DNA of 64,000 nt from Octopus sinensis (GCF_006345805.1 NC_043000.1:15066001-15130000); one strand, 5' to 3'. Shown: positions 25,716 to 38,229, counted from the stretch's first letter. Program-made: numbers and translations. Notes: generated from the sequence alone by a model not told the origin.

Positions 25716-27240
25716 AGAATTCTGGCTCTCATAGCAGAATCACTACCGGAACTAGAAAAGAAATTTCGGGTGTGGAAACAAGGGTTAGAATCAAAGAGCC
25801 TTAGAGTAAATGTAGCAAAGACCAAAGTTATTGTAAGCAGAAAGGCGAACTCAGCACACACACACCCTCGGGCAGGTGGCCCTGCTCAATCTGTAGGAAA
25901 GGTGTAGGTAGAAACTCCATAAGATGCACCCAATGTAAGCTATGGACGCATAAGAGGTGCAGCAACATCAAAGGGAAATTAACTGATAAGATAGCTTTCA
26001 TGTGCGGCAGATGCACAGGGACAATAGACACCACAGACACTGAGAAAAGAGATTCCATCACACTCCAGGGGGAGAAACTAGAAGTAGTTGATAGTTTCCG
26101 CTACCTGGGTGACCAAGTTAGTAGTGGAGGTGGATGCTCAGAGAGTATCACCACTAGAATACGAATAGCCTGGGTAAAGTTTAGAAAGCTCCTACCCCTA
26201 CTGGCGACAAAGGGTCTCTCGCTCAGAGTGAAAGGTAGATAGTATGATGCATGTGTGCGAACTGCCATGCTTCACGGTAGTGAAACATGGGCTGTGACTG
26301 CAGAGGACATGCGTAGACTTGAAAGAAATGAAGCTAGCATGATCCGCTGGATGAGTAATGTCAGTGTGCATGCACGACAGTGTAAGCACCCTGAGAGAAA
26401 TGCTGGACATAGGAAGCATCAGATGTGGTGTGCAAGTGCGATGCTTGCGATGGTATGGTCATGTACTGCGGGTGGATAAGGAGAGATGTGTGAAGAAGTG
26501 CCACTCCCAAACAGTTGGAGGTATCAGGGGGAGAGGTAGACCCAGGAAGACATGGGATGAGGTAGTCAAGCATGACCTCAGAGCGTTGGGCCTCACTGAG
26601 GCAATGGCGAAGGACCAAGATCTCTGGAGATATGCTGTGACTGCAAAGACCCGGGCTGCTTCCTGCACCAGTTCCGCATAGCCCCCTGCCCATTCAAAGT
26701 ACCCTGGATCCCAGAACGTCCCGCTGTGCTTGAGGAGACCTGTTGAGTAAAGTACATGAACATGAACATCGAAATAAATATCAATGGAAATAGTAGTTGT
26801 GATACCTGTGCCGGTGGCATAAAAAGCACCATCCGTACGTGGCCATTGCCAGCGCCGCCTCGACTGGCTTCTGTGCCGGTAGCACATAAAAAGCACCATC
26901 CGAACGTGGCCGATGCCAGCGCTGCCCCGACTGGCTTCTGTGCCGATGGCATTTAAAAAGCACCATCCAAACGTGGCCATTGGCTGGCTTCCATGCCGGT
27001 GGCACGTTAAAAGCTCCAACCGATCGTGGCCGATGCCAGACCCCCCTGGCACCTGTGCAGGTGGCACGTAAAAAGCACCCACTACACTCGCGGAGTGGTT
27101 GGCGTTAGGAAGGGCATCCAGCCATAGAAACTCTGCCAGATGAGCCTGGAGCAGCCCCTGGCTTCCCAGACCCCGATCGAACCGTCCAACCCGTGCTAGC
27201 GCGGAAAACAGACGTTAAACGATGATGATGATGATGATGA
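25716..27240 (+). mobile_element. 5'-truncated RTE-clade LINE: C-terminal RT region, PHD-like finger, 3'UTR and (GAT)n tail
   Basis: LALIAESLPELEKKF...LRVNVAKTKV; LEVVDSFRYLG; AMLHGSETW; LRWYGHVLR; GRGRPRKTW; contains a stop and frameshifts; its 3'UTR matches the many (GAT)n-tailed fragments. Confidence 0.92.
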
Positions 27241-28439
27241 AAGCAGTGTGCTAATGAAAGGATTTAAATTCTACATCCTTTAGTTGTTTTATTTATTTAT
27301 TTATTTTCTGCTCTTATTTCCTTGCTTAAAAGTAGTTGGCATGAAATAGCCATCTATATCATACGTAATGTAAATATATCAGTCAAAGGCAATTTTTCTA
27401 ACATTTATGCATACCTTGCTTTCATTGGACACTGCTTTGCGAAGACCTGTTGAGGCAAGGGAAATCAAAATCAAATTCGATGTCTGGCATCCTTGCTAGT
27501 GGAGCACTTAGAGCACCATCCAAGCGTGATCGTTAAACGATGATGATGATGAAGATATTACATCATGTCCTTGAAGCTAATTACACCCAGTCCTGACAGT
27601 AATGTCAGTTTGCTAATTAAGAAGTCAACAGTTCATATCCCAGCATTGTACTGTGTTCAGAGCCAAACCATCTTCATTTAACTTTCACATTCTCTACTGG
27701 CATGAGTCGAATGGTTTACCAGGATGTGATTAGCTTGAGAGTTGGGTTGGTCTCTGTTGTTTGGTTTGGCAAGGTTTCTACAGCTAGATGCCCTTCCTCA
27801 TGCCAACCATTTTACAGAGTGTACCAAGTGCTTTTTTTTTGCTTTTTTCATGGCACCTGCACTAGTTGGGTCACCAAGTAACATACAAAATATGATCCCT
27901 TCACAGAGTGAAGGTGAAATACTGAAGGCAGTAGCATTGTGCCAAGTCTGGAGAGGTTAAGGAAGGAAAGAGGGATAACAACAGGTATCTTTCTGTAGAG
28001 GAGACACAAGGGCACTCCATCAGGAAAGGTAGGATGATGGAGATCAGGTATAACTTAACTATAAATGGTTTACATGGTTGTAACATGAATAGGTTCAGTG
28101 TATAATGAACAAGTGTTTTATTAGTTATAAAGTAAGAAATGGTGGGGCAGTGACTCTAGTATTCTCTTTGAGAAATCTGTAACTGGTCAGATCATTAATG
28201 TCACTTAGACCATCCATAATATAAAAAAATGCGAGGAAAGTCCCTTAGCCACAGTCATTACAAACTCTTACAACTTATTATTGCTGGATTTTATCTTGAT
28301 GCTTTTTAATATATTTGCCATTCTTCCACAGGTGGAATAATTTATTTATTGAGGTAATTATTTTCAATACTGGATGCCTTCCCTACTTCTGAATTTGGTA
28401 GACAAAAATTGAAAGTAGCCCATCCTATATATATATATA

Positions 28440-28588
28440 TATATTGGGGGCATTACTATACATAAATGTCACATGCTAGGAGGGACTCCTAAAGTCAAAA
28501 CTACCAAAATAAATAAACACATGGTAGTTTTGACTTTAAGAGTCCCTCCTAGTGTGTGGCATTTATGTATAGTAATGCCCTCAATATA
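28440..28588. mobile_element. Fold-back MITE (~67-bp arms, ~15-nt loop)
   Basis: 28440-28506 is the near reverse complement of 28522-28588; TA at both ends (Tc1/mariner-type target). Confidence 0.75.
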
Positions 28589-28973
28589 AATAAATTATAT
28601 TTCAGAGAAATAACTACTTGATAAATTCTTGTAAAGATTTTATCCTATTTTTGAATTATGTATATATATATATACATTGTGTGTATGTTTACATCTTTGT
28701 TTTGATATCACGACAGATGTAAATAAGTGTTACTGTCATACAAGCAGTGTCATTCATTTCCAGTATTCTGCAAAAACCTGTCTGGATATGAAGAAATATT
28801 ACCTTGCCTGGAAATGGGAAAGTTGGTGACAACAAAGGTATTTGGCCATAGAAAATCTGTTTCAAGAAAACCCATCCAGTCCATGCAAACCTGGTATAGT
28901 GGATGTTAAAACGATGATAAACATTTTTCAACTGTGGTGCCTATCTTTGTCAGTCAAACAATAGCTGTATTCT

Positions 28974-29372
28974 TATTTATTTACTGCCCACAAGGTGGTG
29001 CACACAGAGGGGACAGACAAACGGATTAAGTCGATTATATCGACCCCAGTGTATAACTGGTACTTATTTAATCAACCCCGAAAGGATGGAAGGCAAAGTC
29101 GACCTCGGCGGAATTTGAACTCAGAACATAGCAGCAGACGAAATACCTATTTCTTTACTACCCATAAGGAGCTAAACACAGAGAGGACAAACAAGGACAG
29201 ACAAATGGATTATATCGACCCCAGTGCGTAACTGGTACTTATTTAATCGAACCCCGAAAGGATGAAAGTCAAAGTCAACCTCGGCGAAATTTGAACTCAG
29301 AACGTAGCAGCAGACAAAATACCGCTAAGCATTTCGCCCGGCGTGCTAACGTTTCTACCAGCTCGCCACCTT
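28974..29372 (-). mobile_element. SINE family C dimer with a 16-bp TSD
   Basis: ACAATAGCTGTATTCT at 28958-28973 and 29373-29388 brackets the whole dimer. Confidence 0.88.
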
Positions 29373-29837
29373 ACAATAGCTGTATTCTACCGGCGCATAT
29401 TATGATCACACTGATAATAAGGATTGAACTACTCACTCTGTGGTCAGCAGTTGAATTCTTTAACCTCACAAATATTGCATCTTGATGAATTTTTGTTATA
29501 AAGAAAAATTTAAACAGCAGAAAGGCTTTAAATGTAGCCCTTTGTAAAAAAGCATCCAGTCCGCACTGTAAAGTGGTTGCCATTTGGAAGGGCATCCAGC
29601 TATAAAAGCCTTACTAAAACTGACCTCGCTTGTGACATGTAAAAAGCACTAAGCCCACTCTACTGGGTAGTTGGTGTTAGGAAGGGCATCCAGCTGTAAA
29701 AATCCTGCCAAAACAGTCACAGAAATCTGGTGCAGACTTCTGCCTGGCCAGATCCTGTCAAACCATTCCACCAATGCCAGCATGGAAGGCGGATATTAAA
29801 CGATGAATGACTGTATACATCCTTAGATAAATTCATC

Positions 29838-30070
29838 TAAAACAGTGGTTTTTAACCAGGGTTCATATGACCTGCTGGGATCCTCGTAAGATTTTGTTAT
29901 TAAAATTTATGTACAATAAATTGGTTTTACTTCTGCAATACACAAAATATTGATATAAAACAGTGGTTTTTAACCAGGGTTCATATGACCTGCTGGGATC
30001 CTCGTAAGATTTTGTTATTAAAATTTATGTACAATAAATTGGTTTTACTTCTGCAATACACAAAATATTG
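29838..30070 (+). repeat. 118-bp-period tandem duplication of the 5' end of an hAT-like MITE
   Basis: TAAAACAGTGGTTTTTAACCAGGG...AAATATTG occurs at 29838-29952 and 29956-30070; degenerate partner end near 30589-30603. Confidence 0.85.
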
Positions 30071-30099
30071 TAAATTCTTTTATACAGTTACTAACAATA

Positions 30100-30489
30100 T
30101 CTCTAGATATATAAAGCTGAAGTTGTCTGTGTATAGCAGGTTTGGTAGCCTTCAACTAACACTATCTCCTCCGAGACCCTGCGGCGCAAGTTGACCAAAA
30201 TTGAGAGTATGATAGAAGGCTTGCTCTTCCTTCTGTACAAGAAAAAATTCAAATCAGACCATGTTAACACCAAAAATTATTTACAGCAAAAAGGTGCTTT
30301 TTTTCTATGAAAATCCCTATATTTTACGATTTTTTTACTGCTGTGTCGCCATTTTTCGATGTATTTCAACCAGAAAAATATTCACTCAAAGAGAATAACA
30401 AGCTACATAATGCAAAATTTTTACTTTTCAGAAAGTCCAATTCTAAAGGGGTTGAAACAAACCCGAGCAATGCCAGGCGATACTGCTAG
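30100..30489 (+). mobile_element. Non-autonomous Helitron, subfamily 2
   Basis: A|TC start; CCCGAGCAATGCCAGG hairpin; GATACTGCTAG|T end; internal sequence differs from subfamily 1. Confidence 0.8.
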
Positions 30490-30871
30490 TTTAATTATAT
30501 ATATATAATAGGATTGTTTTAAACATTGAATGGCAATGTGGGCCCATCTGAGTAAAGTACAAATCAAAGGGGTCCATGGGTAAAAAATGGTCGAAAAATA
30601 CTAATCTTAAATGACTATTTTCTTGTTACTGTGGCTGTGATGTTTACTTACAAAACAACCACCAAAATCTTTAGATCTCAACCATTTAAGTGTTGAACAG
30701 GGCCAATATACAGTTACAATTGAAAATAATGATCCCTGTAGAGTTGCTAAAGAGGCAAATATAATTTATATTTTATTTTTGGATTTGAGTGTGTGTGTAT
30801 GCACATGTATGTAAGCATATGGATATGAAAATAAACAGATCAACATACGGACTGAACAGACAAGCACACAT

Positions 30872-31257
30872 GGAAGCACTCCGTCGGTTACGACAACGAG
30901 GGGTTCCGGTTGATCCGAATCAACGGAACAGCCTGCTCGTGAAATTAACGTGCAAGTGGCTGAGCACTCCACAGACACGTGTACCCTTAACGTAGTTTTC
31001 GGGGATATTCAGCGTGACACAGAAAGTGACAAGGCCAGCCCTTTTGAAATACAGGTACAACAGAAACAGGAAGTAAGAGTGAGAGAAAGTTGTGGCGAAA
31101 GAGTACAGCAGGGATCACCACCATCCCCTGCCGGAGCCTCGTGGAGCTTTAGGTGTTTTCGCTCAATAAACACTCACAATGCCCGGTCTGGGAATCGAAA
31201 CCGCGATCCTACGACCGCAAGTCCGCTGCCCTAACCACTGGGCCATTGCGCCTCCAC
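30872..31257 (-). mobile_element. SINE family D
   Basis: 12-bp TSD ACAAGCACACAT at 30860-30871 and 31258-31269. Confidence 0.9.
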
Positions 31258-31264
31258 ACAAGCA

Positions 31265-31590
31265 CACATATGCAAATGGAGACTGAAACACATGACCATA
31301 TATACACACACACACACTTTACTCCATACAAGGACACATGGAGACACAGATCCACACATAGATGCACATCCATACATACAAATATGGTACATAGTTGCAA
31401 AACACACACACACAAGGAGACAGAGGTGCATACATATACAAACACACGCTCATACACAAACACGGACATGCAAGCACATGAATATGCAGAATACATACAG
31501 ATGCACATGCATATGCATACACACATGTATACATACACACACATGCATACATACGTACATGCATGCATGCATAGGCACACACACACAAAC
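31265..31590. repeat. Degenerate (CA/TA)n low-complexity tract
   Basis: CACATATACA-type repeats; source of several spurious His/Thr and Cys/Val ORFs. Confidence 0.85.
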
Positions 31591-31925
31591 AAAGAAAAAG
31601 GAACGGTGTAAATAACAGACAGTCAAGACTATTGAAAAAATTTTAGGAAAATAAAAATAAGAAATAAGTGGAAATTTTACTGGTGAGTGTGTTAAATTAT
31701 AAGGCATAAAAAGAAATTGACTCTCCCCAGACACAGCAAAATATAATTTAAATTATTGTCAACTCTTAAGTGCAGGCATGACTGTAATTAAAGTTGCTTT
31801 TTAACCATGAAGTTTGATTTTAAATCCCACTGCATTGTACCTTGAACAAGTATCTTCTACACCCTTTGGCATTACCTACTTCAAGTACCTCCATTAAAAA
31901 TGATTTATTTCATGTCTCTAAACAT

Positions 31926-32305
31926 TTTACTCTTTTACTTGTTTCAGTCATTTGACTGTGGCCATGCTGGAGCACCACCTTTAGTTGAGCAAATCGACCC
32001 CAGGACTTATTCTTTGAAAGCCTAGTACTTATTCTATCAGTCTCTTTTGCCAAACCGCTAAGTTACAGGGATGTAAACACACCAGCATTGGTTGTCAAGC
32101 AATGTTGGGGGGACAAACACAGACACACAAACATAGATATACGATGGGCTTCTTTCAGTTTCCATCTACCAAATCCCCTCACAAGGCTTTTGTCGGCCCA
32201 AGGCTATAGTAGAAGACACTTGCCCAAAGTGCCATGCAGTGGGACTGAACCCGGAACCATGTGGTTGGTAATCAAGCAACTTACCACACAGCCACTCCTA
32301 TGCCT
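31926..32305 (-). mobile_element. SINE family A
   Basis: Full-length reverse-complement copy. Confidence 0.85.
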
Positions 32306-32641
32306 TATGTAAATACAGTCCTAGCTGGTAAGATTAAAGCTTCTACAATGGATGGTGAAATTTGCAGAATTTCTTTGGTACAATGGCAGAACATCTGTCA
32401 TGTTCACAGGAAATGTTGACTTGTTGTGTGGGTAGCCTTTGATTTTTTTTTTCTTTTAACCTAGTATTTACATGCTATTGTTTATAGCTTGACTTCAAGT
32501 TCCACCATTAAATAAATATAATATATAATCTTTGTGTACTCTTGTCTTGACATCATGTCAATCATCAACATCATCATTTAACATCCATTTTCATGGCTGA
32601 CAAGGGCTGGATAGCTTGACAGGAGCTGGCAAGGCCAAGGG

Positions 32642-32839
32642 TCGCCGTTCAAGAATTTGGACCTGGAGATCTCCATTTCCAGCGACTTCGAGGGCCACCT
32701 CCCAGTGGTGCCGAGCGTCAAATGAAGCACCCTCGACCAAAGTTTGTTTTTTCTTCCAAGGTCTGGGGTCTCCTGCCCCTAAGCCCTAGACCATCACCTA
32801 ATCACCCTTACCCGTCTTGTTGCTTAACAACAACAACAA
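32642..32839 (+). mobile_element. GC-rich non-LTR retroelement 3' end with an (AAC)n tail, nested in an RTE 3'UTR copy
   Basis: 11-bp TSD AAGGCCAAGGG at 32631-32641 and 32840-32850; tail TTAACAACAACAACAA. Confidence 0.7.
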
Positions 32840-33135
32840 AAGGCCAAGGGCCACATCAGGTTCCATAGTCTGATTTGGTTTGGTTTCTACAGCTGGATGC
32901 CCTTCCTAATGCCAACCACTTTACAGAGTGCACAGGATACTTTTTATGTAGCACCATTACCATTGCTTTTTACATGGCACCTTGGTTTTTGGAAGATAAA
33001 GAAATTACCTTGGTTTTTGGATATCAATTCTTTTGTGGTGGGCGATGGTAAATGAGCATCACTAGCATACAAGTGATGCTGTTCATTTCCACTCTTTAGT
33101 GGAATACATGTCTGGTTATGGAGAAATATAACCAT

Positions 33136-33527
33136 GTGCAAGAGTGGCTGTGTGGTAAGTAGCTTGCTTACCAACCACATGGTTCCAGGTTCAGTCCCAC
33201 TGCGTGGCACCTTGGGCAAGTGTCTTCTACTATAGCCTTGGGCCGACCAATGCCTTGTGAGTGGATTTGGTAGACAGAAACTGAAAGAAGCCCGTCGTAT
33301 ATATGTGTGTGTGGGTATGTATATGTTTGTGTGTCTGTGTTTGTCTCCTCAACATCGCTTGACAACCGATGCTGGTGTGTTTACGGCACTGTAACATAGC
33401 AGTTCAGCAAGAGAGACTGATAGAATAAGTACATGGCTTACAAAGAATAAGTCCTGGGGTCAATTTGCTCAACTAAAGGTGGTGCTCCAGCATGGCCGCA
33501 GTCAAATGATTGAAACAAATAAAAGAA
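33136..33527 (+). mobile_element. SINE family A
   Basis: Colinear with 1654-2039. Confidence 0.85.
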
Positions 33528-33554
33528 CAGGTGAGGTTTGGCAACATGAAAGAG

Positions 33555-33958
33555 AACCTGCTGTAGTAAATTTGCCCTAACGTGCCGGTGGCATGTAAAA
33601 GCACCATCCGCTTGTGTCTGTTGCCAGCCTCGCCTGGCCCCCGGGCCGGTAGCACGTAAAAGCACCATCCGTTTGTGTCTGTTGCCAGCCTCGCCTGGCC
33701 CCCGTGCCGGTGGCACATAAAAACACCACCCGTTCGTGGCCGTTTGCCAGCTCTGTCTGGCACCTGTGCAGGTGGCACGTAAAAAGCACCCACTACACTC
33801 ACGGAGTGGTTGGCATTAAGAAGGGCATCCAGCTGTAGAAACACTGCCAAATCTGACTGGGCCTGATGAAGCCTTCCGGCTTCACAGACCCCAATTAAAC
33901 CGTCCAACCCATGCTAGCATGGAAAGCAGACGCTAAATGATGATGATGATGATGATGA
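33555..33958 (+). mobile_element. RTE LINE 3'UTR fragment
   Basis: Tandem units and a (GAT)n tail. Confidence 0.85.
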
Positions 33959-34366
33959 ATTCCTTTACAAGCATGGAAAAGTGGACACTAAAATGATAAT
34001 TGTCAAATACAGCAGCCTTCAGGTGATTTAATTTGATTGTATGAGAGTTATTGTTTTACCCATGGACATATTACAATGTTAGTAACATGTGAATCCTCAA
34101 CCTCTTGGCTGGTTGTTCATGGCTTTATCCATTTGATTCACCACCTAACAATGATCCTTGAACAGTAAATGCAGTCGTAGCTGTGTAGTAAGAAGCTTGC
34201 TTCCCAATCACATGGTTCCAGGCTCAGTCCCACTGTGTGGCACCTTGGGCAAATGTCTTCTACTATAGCCTCAGGCCAACCAAAGCCTTGTGAGTGAATT
34301 TGCTAGATATAAACTGAAAGAAGCCTGTCATGTATAGATATGTATATATATTTATGTGTTTGTGTT

Positions 34367-35527
34367 TGTAGCAATATCGTCTCTCAGTGCTATCTTCACT
34401 GTTTGAGAAATGTATTAAGAATAACCTCGGTCGAGATTACAAACATCTTTGGCTAGTTCAACATTGTTGTAAACGCTAATTCGATTGGCTGACACGTTGG
34501 TCTCTACTACGCTCGCACCGCTGGTTATAACTTGGCGCAAATGTCTCGACTTATTTTCGCGCCATAGTCCAAGCAGCCAATCACAGCTTTCCATTTCTGA
34601 AGTTCACTGGGAGCCTGGTGAAGCTTATAAACAGTTTCTCAGAAAAATACGTCTGAGGTTTCCAGTCCTTCTCAGGGCGAACCTCTGACCACACACAGAG
34701 CTCTCTTAGGTTTTTATTCTTCTCAGAGCTAAACCTCTACCACACAGCTCGTCTTGGCTTTTAGTTCTTTTAAGAACTAAGTCTCTGACCACACAGAGAA
34801 TACTCGACCAAGTTCCAGTTTCGAGGCAGGCGACCACCATTAATACAAGTGTAGATACCTCTCATACTGTTAGTGTGAAAAATCCCATGAAGAAAACGGT
34901 TACAAGATATCTATAACTAGAGAACATAACCAAGCAGAACATATAATGAAGAAGCAGCAAGAACCAATCGACAAACATCGAAGATTTAAATTGTACACGA
35001 GACAACTACAGATTCAACTATAGCGGTTAGGTGAAATTCTCGCCACGAAGAAAACGGCTACAGTAACATGTCTGGAAGTATATTCATATCAAAAGAAAGA
35101 TAAACACAACGAGTGATTCAATTAATCTCAACTGCGACACGCAATATCTTGATATGGAAGTCTGACGCTGTACCTCATAAACGGTAAATCAATTATCTGT
35201 TCTTGGGTTCTAGTTTTCTTCTAAGAACTACCTTAAGCCATCTGTTATTACCTGTTGCCAAGCCGATATCAACAACATTAACTGTGAATCAAATCCCATC
35301 GTCAATTCACTGGTCAGTACCTTTTTACGCCTAACGAACACACAGACACAAAAACATGCGAGCACTTACAAACTTCCAACATCAAACATGATTGTAAAAT
35401 ATGTAAAATAAATAATGTATATAACTTAAAAAGAAATCTTGTTGTCATTCCAAACTTATGTGTATTGCCGCTGCATGTAAAATATAGTCAGTAAAATATA
35501 TTATTAAGAATAGGATATACGTTACTA
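34367..35527 (+). mobile_element. ~1.16-kb CpG-retaining insertion into a family A SINE; possible solo LTR
   Basis: The SINE breaks at about 34366 and resumes at about 35536. The insert starts TGTAG and ends CGTTACTA, and contains CCAAT boxes, TTATAAA, internal imperfect repeats and AATAAA. No clean TSD. Confidence 0.45.
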
Positions 35528-36070
35528 TTTTTATATGTTTATCCCTCCACCATCACTTGACAACCGATGTTGGTGTGTTTATGTCCCCGAAACTTAGCAA
35601 TTTGACAAAAGAGTCTGATAGAATAAGTGTTAGGCTTACAAAGAATAAGTCCTGGGGTTGATTTCTTCGACTAAAGGTGGTGTTCCAGCATGGCCGCAGT
35701 CAAATGACTGAAATGTGTAAAAGAATAATTGATTACCTCTCCACTACAAGTTTGGGGTACTGCATGGCACCTTGGAAAAATGTCTTCTATAGCCCTGGGG
35801 CCGACCAATATCTTGTGAGTGGATTCGAGAGATAGAAACTGTGGAAACCTGTCTATATATGAGTGCTTATCTTTGTGTTTGTATCTCCACCACTGCTTGA
35901 CAACTGGAATTGGTTTGTTTACATCCCTGTAACTTAGCAGTTTAGCCAAATGGGCTGATAAAATAAGTACTGGGAGAAATTTGTTCAACTGAGACATCCA
36001 GTCTAATGACAGAAGCAAGTAAAAGACAAAGCTTACATTTTAATAAATATGAAGAAAATAACTGAAGACT

Positions 36071-36465
36071 TTGTTGTATTTAGGAATGGTCATGTTGCCA
36101 GTTTAGCCAATAAAAACACACGCACTATATATTTGGTGTTACTTTGCTTCAGCGTTATATATTTTTTACATTAATCTTAATCTTATTTCAGCCAGAGTTC
36201 TTTCGTCACACACCTATGACCCCATCAGTGGTCCTTTGCTTTCTTCTTTCTTATTTGTGTGTCTCTCCTTACTAAAGGTGAGCCATTTTGTATTTTGTAT
36301 TCCTATTCTGATGAGGTCATAGGAGTGTGACGAAAGAACTCTGGCCGAAATAAGATTTAGATTAATGTAAAAAATATATAACGCTGAAGCAAAGTAACAC
36401 CACATATATAGTGTGTGTGTTTTTATTGGCTAAACTGGCAAAATGACCATTCCTAAATACAACAA
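36071..36465. mobile_element. Fold-back element, ~157-bp arms and ~80-bp spacer
   Basis: 36071-36227 is the near-exact reverse complement of 36308-36465. Confidence 0.8.
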
Positions 36466-36515
36466 TATCTGTTTCAACACACGATTTCACATCAAAAATC
36501 TTGCAAAACAAATAT

Positions 36516-36984
<469 letters not shown>

Positions 36985-37809
36985 AACTTAAGACTTCAAT
37001 TCTGAATAAAGCCCTAAAGAAAGCACAACAAAAGATTGACAAAACCTGTGGAAATAAATTAAAGATGAAAATTATCAACAATCTGACAATGACATTATCG
37101 TTTTAAATAGAACAGTTTGTATTCAGAAAAGGCTTCAACTACAATCTTGATGTATAGATAGCATTGTTAGAAAAGAACAATGGCTTATAGGAGAGAGACT
37201 AGAGTGATTGAAATAATCCTGTAAAACTAGATTAAGAAAATATGGCAAACTGCCAAAATTAACCCTTTTGTTACTGTATTTATTTTGAGATGCTCTGTGT
37301 TTCTTTCAATTATTTTAAATATAATAAAGAATTTAGTAAAACAACTTACTTATCATTAAGCTAGTGTTAGGAACATAAATTGTGACTAAGGTTTGGTAGG
37401 AGATTTTAATGAAAAACTTATGAAAACAAGACATTAATACTACAGAGTCAGAGCTGGGTTTTTTGTTATACAGTGTCTTCTATTCAGCTATGTTATCTGA
37501 GAAGCATAAAACATAACTTTGAAATGTGACAAGATCTCAGACTAAAATGCTTTTCTTCCAATAATCTACTAGCAGATACCATTTTGTCAGTATAAGGGAT
37601 GATTTCTATAAGATACAGTTGCTAAGTTTTCTTCAAAGATATAAATAACAGTGTGGATAGTAAGAAACACGGAAATTAATGTAAAAATCAGTCCAGAAGT
37701 GTTTAATCTGTATAGCACATGAATAAGTGCTTAGAACAGAATATGTGAAATGCCACATCAATATGAACAGTGAACTGACCTTAGGTAGATTCTAAGATGA
37801 AAAAGGTGA

Positions 37810-38110
37810 CAACATTAGCCATGAAATAAACAAATGCAGTATATTTATGCAAAAGAAATGCAACATTGCCTGCATTAGCCATTGGAAACGATTTAAAAAA
37901 TATAATTTGGATAGAGCAAACTTCAACCTAATGCAGTGGAAGAAAATGATGTTAAGTTTTAAGATTTTAACATTCAGTTGTGATCATGTGATTGAAGCCA
38001 GAAGACCAGACATTGTTATCATTAACAAAGAGAAAAGACGTTGTGCAGTATTTGATATAACATCTTTTGTGGGTGGTAACAGAGTGTATGAAAAAGAAAA
38101 GACTGAGTAA
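37810..38110 (+). pseudogene. Remnant of a restriction-like-endonuclease LINE (R4/Dong- or NeSL-like) C-terminus
   Basis: FSCDHVIEARRPDIVIINKEKRRCAVFDI...RVYEKEK carries the RLE PD..D motif; upstream ISHEINKC resembles the CCHC region. Confidence 0.7.
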
Positions 38111-38229
38111 AGATTGCACATGTTACATTAAATTCCACACTGCATACACTAGATAAATCTCCTCCCAAATTATTTCTCTCCACTCCAGCAAGCTCACTGT
38201 CATATTCACATACACACATCATGTGTGAA

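Noticed and set aside
26800-27075. Regularly spaced ~50-nt repeats resembling a CRISPR array (also 12200-12360, 20185-20460, 33585-33790)
   Set aside because: They are tandem units in the RTE 3'UTR; the spacers are homologous to each other, the context is eukaryotic and there are no cas genes
26459-27082. 207-aa minus-strand ORF and similar ORFs (12149-12695, 33438-33907, 44640-45084, 55828-56235, 62792-63484)
   Set aside because: Chance frames through RTE 3'UTR copies; the same pseudo-peptides recur at every copy
31153-31734. Overlapping His/Thr-rich and Cys/Val-rich ORFs
   Set aside because: Translations of CA/TA microsatellite
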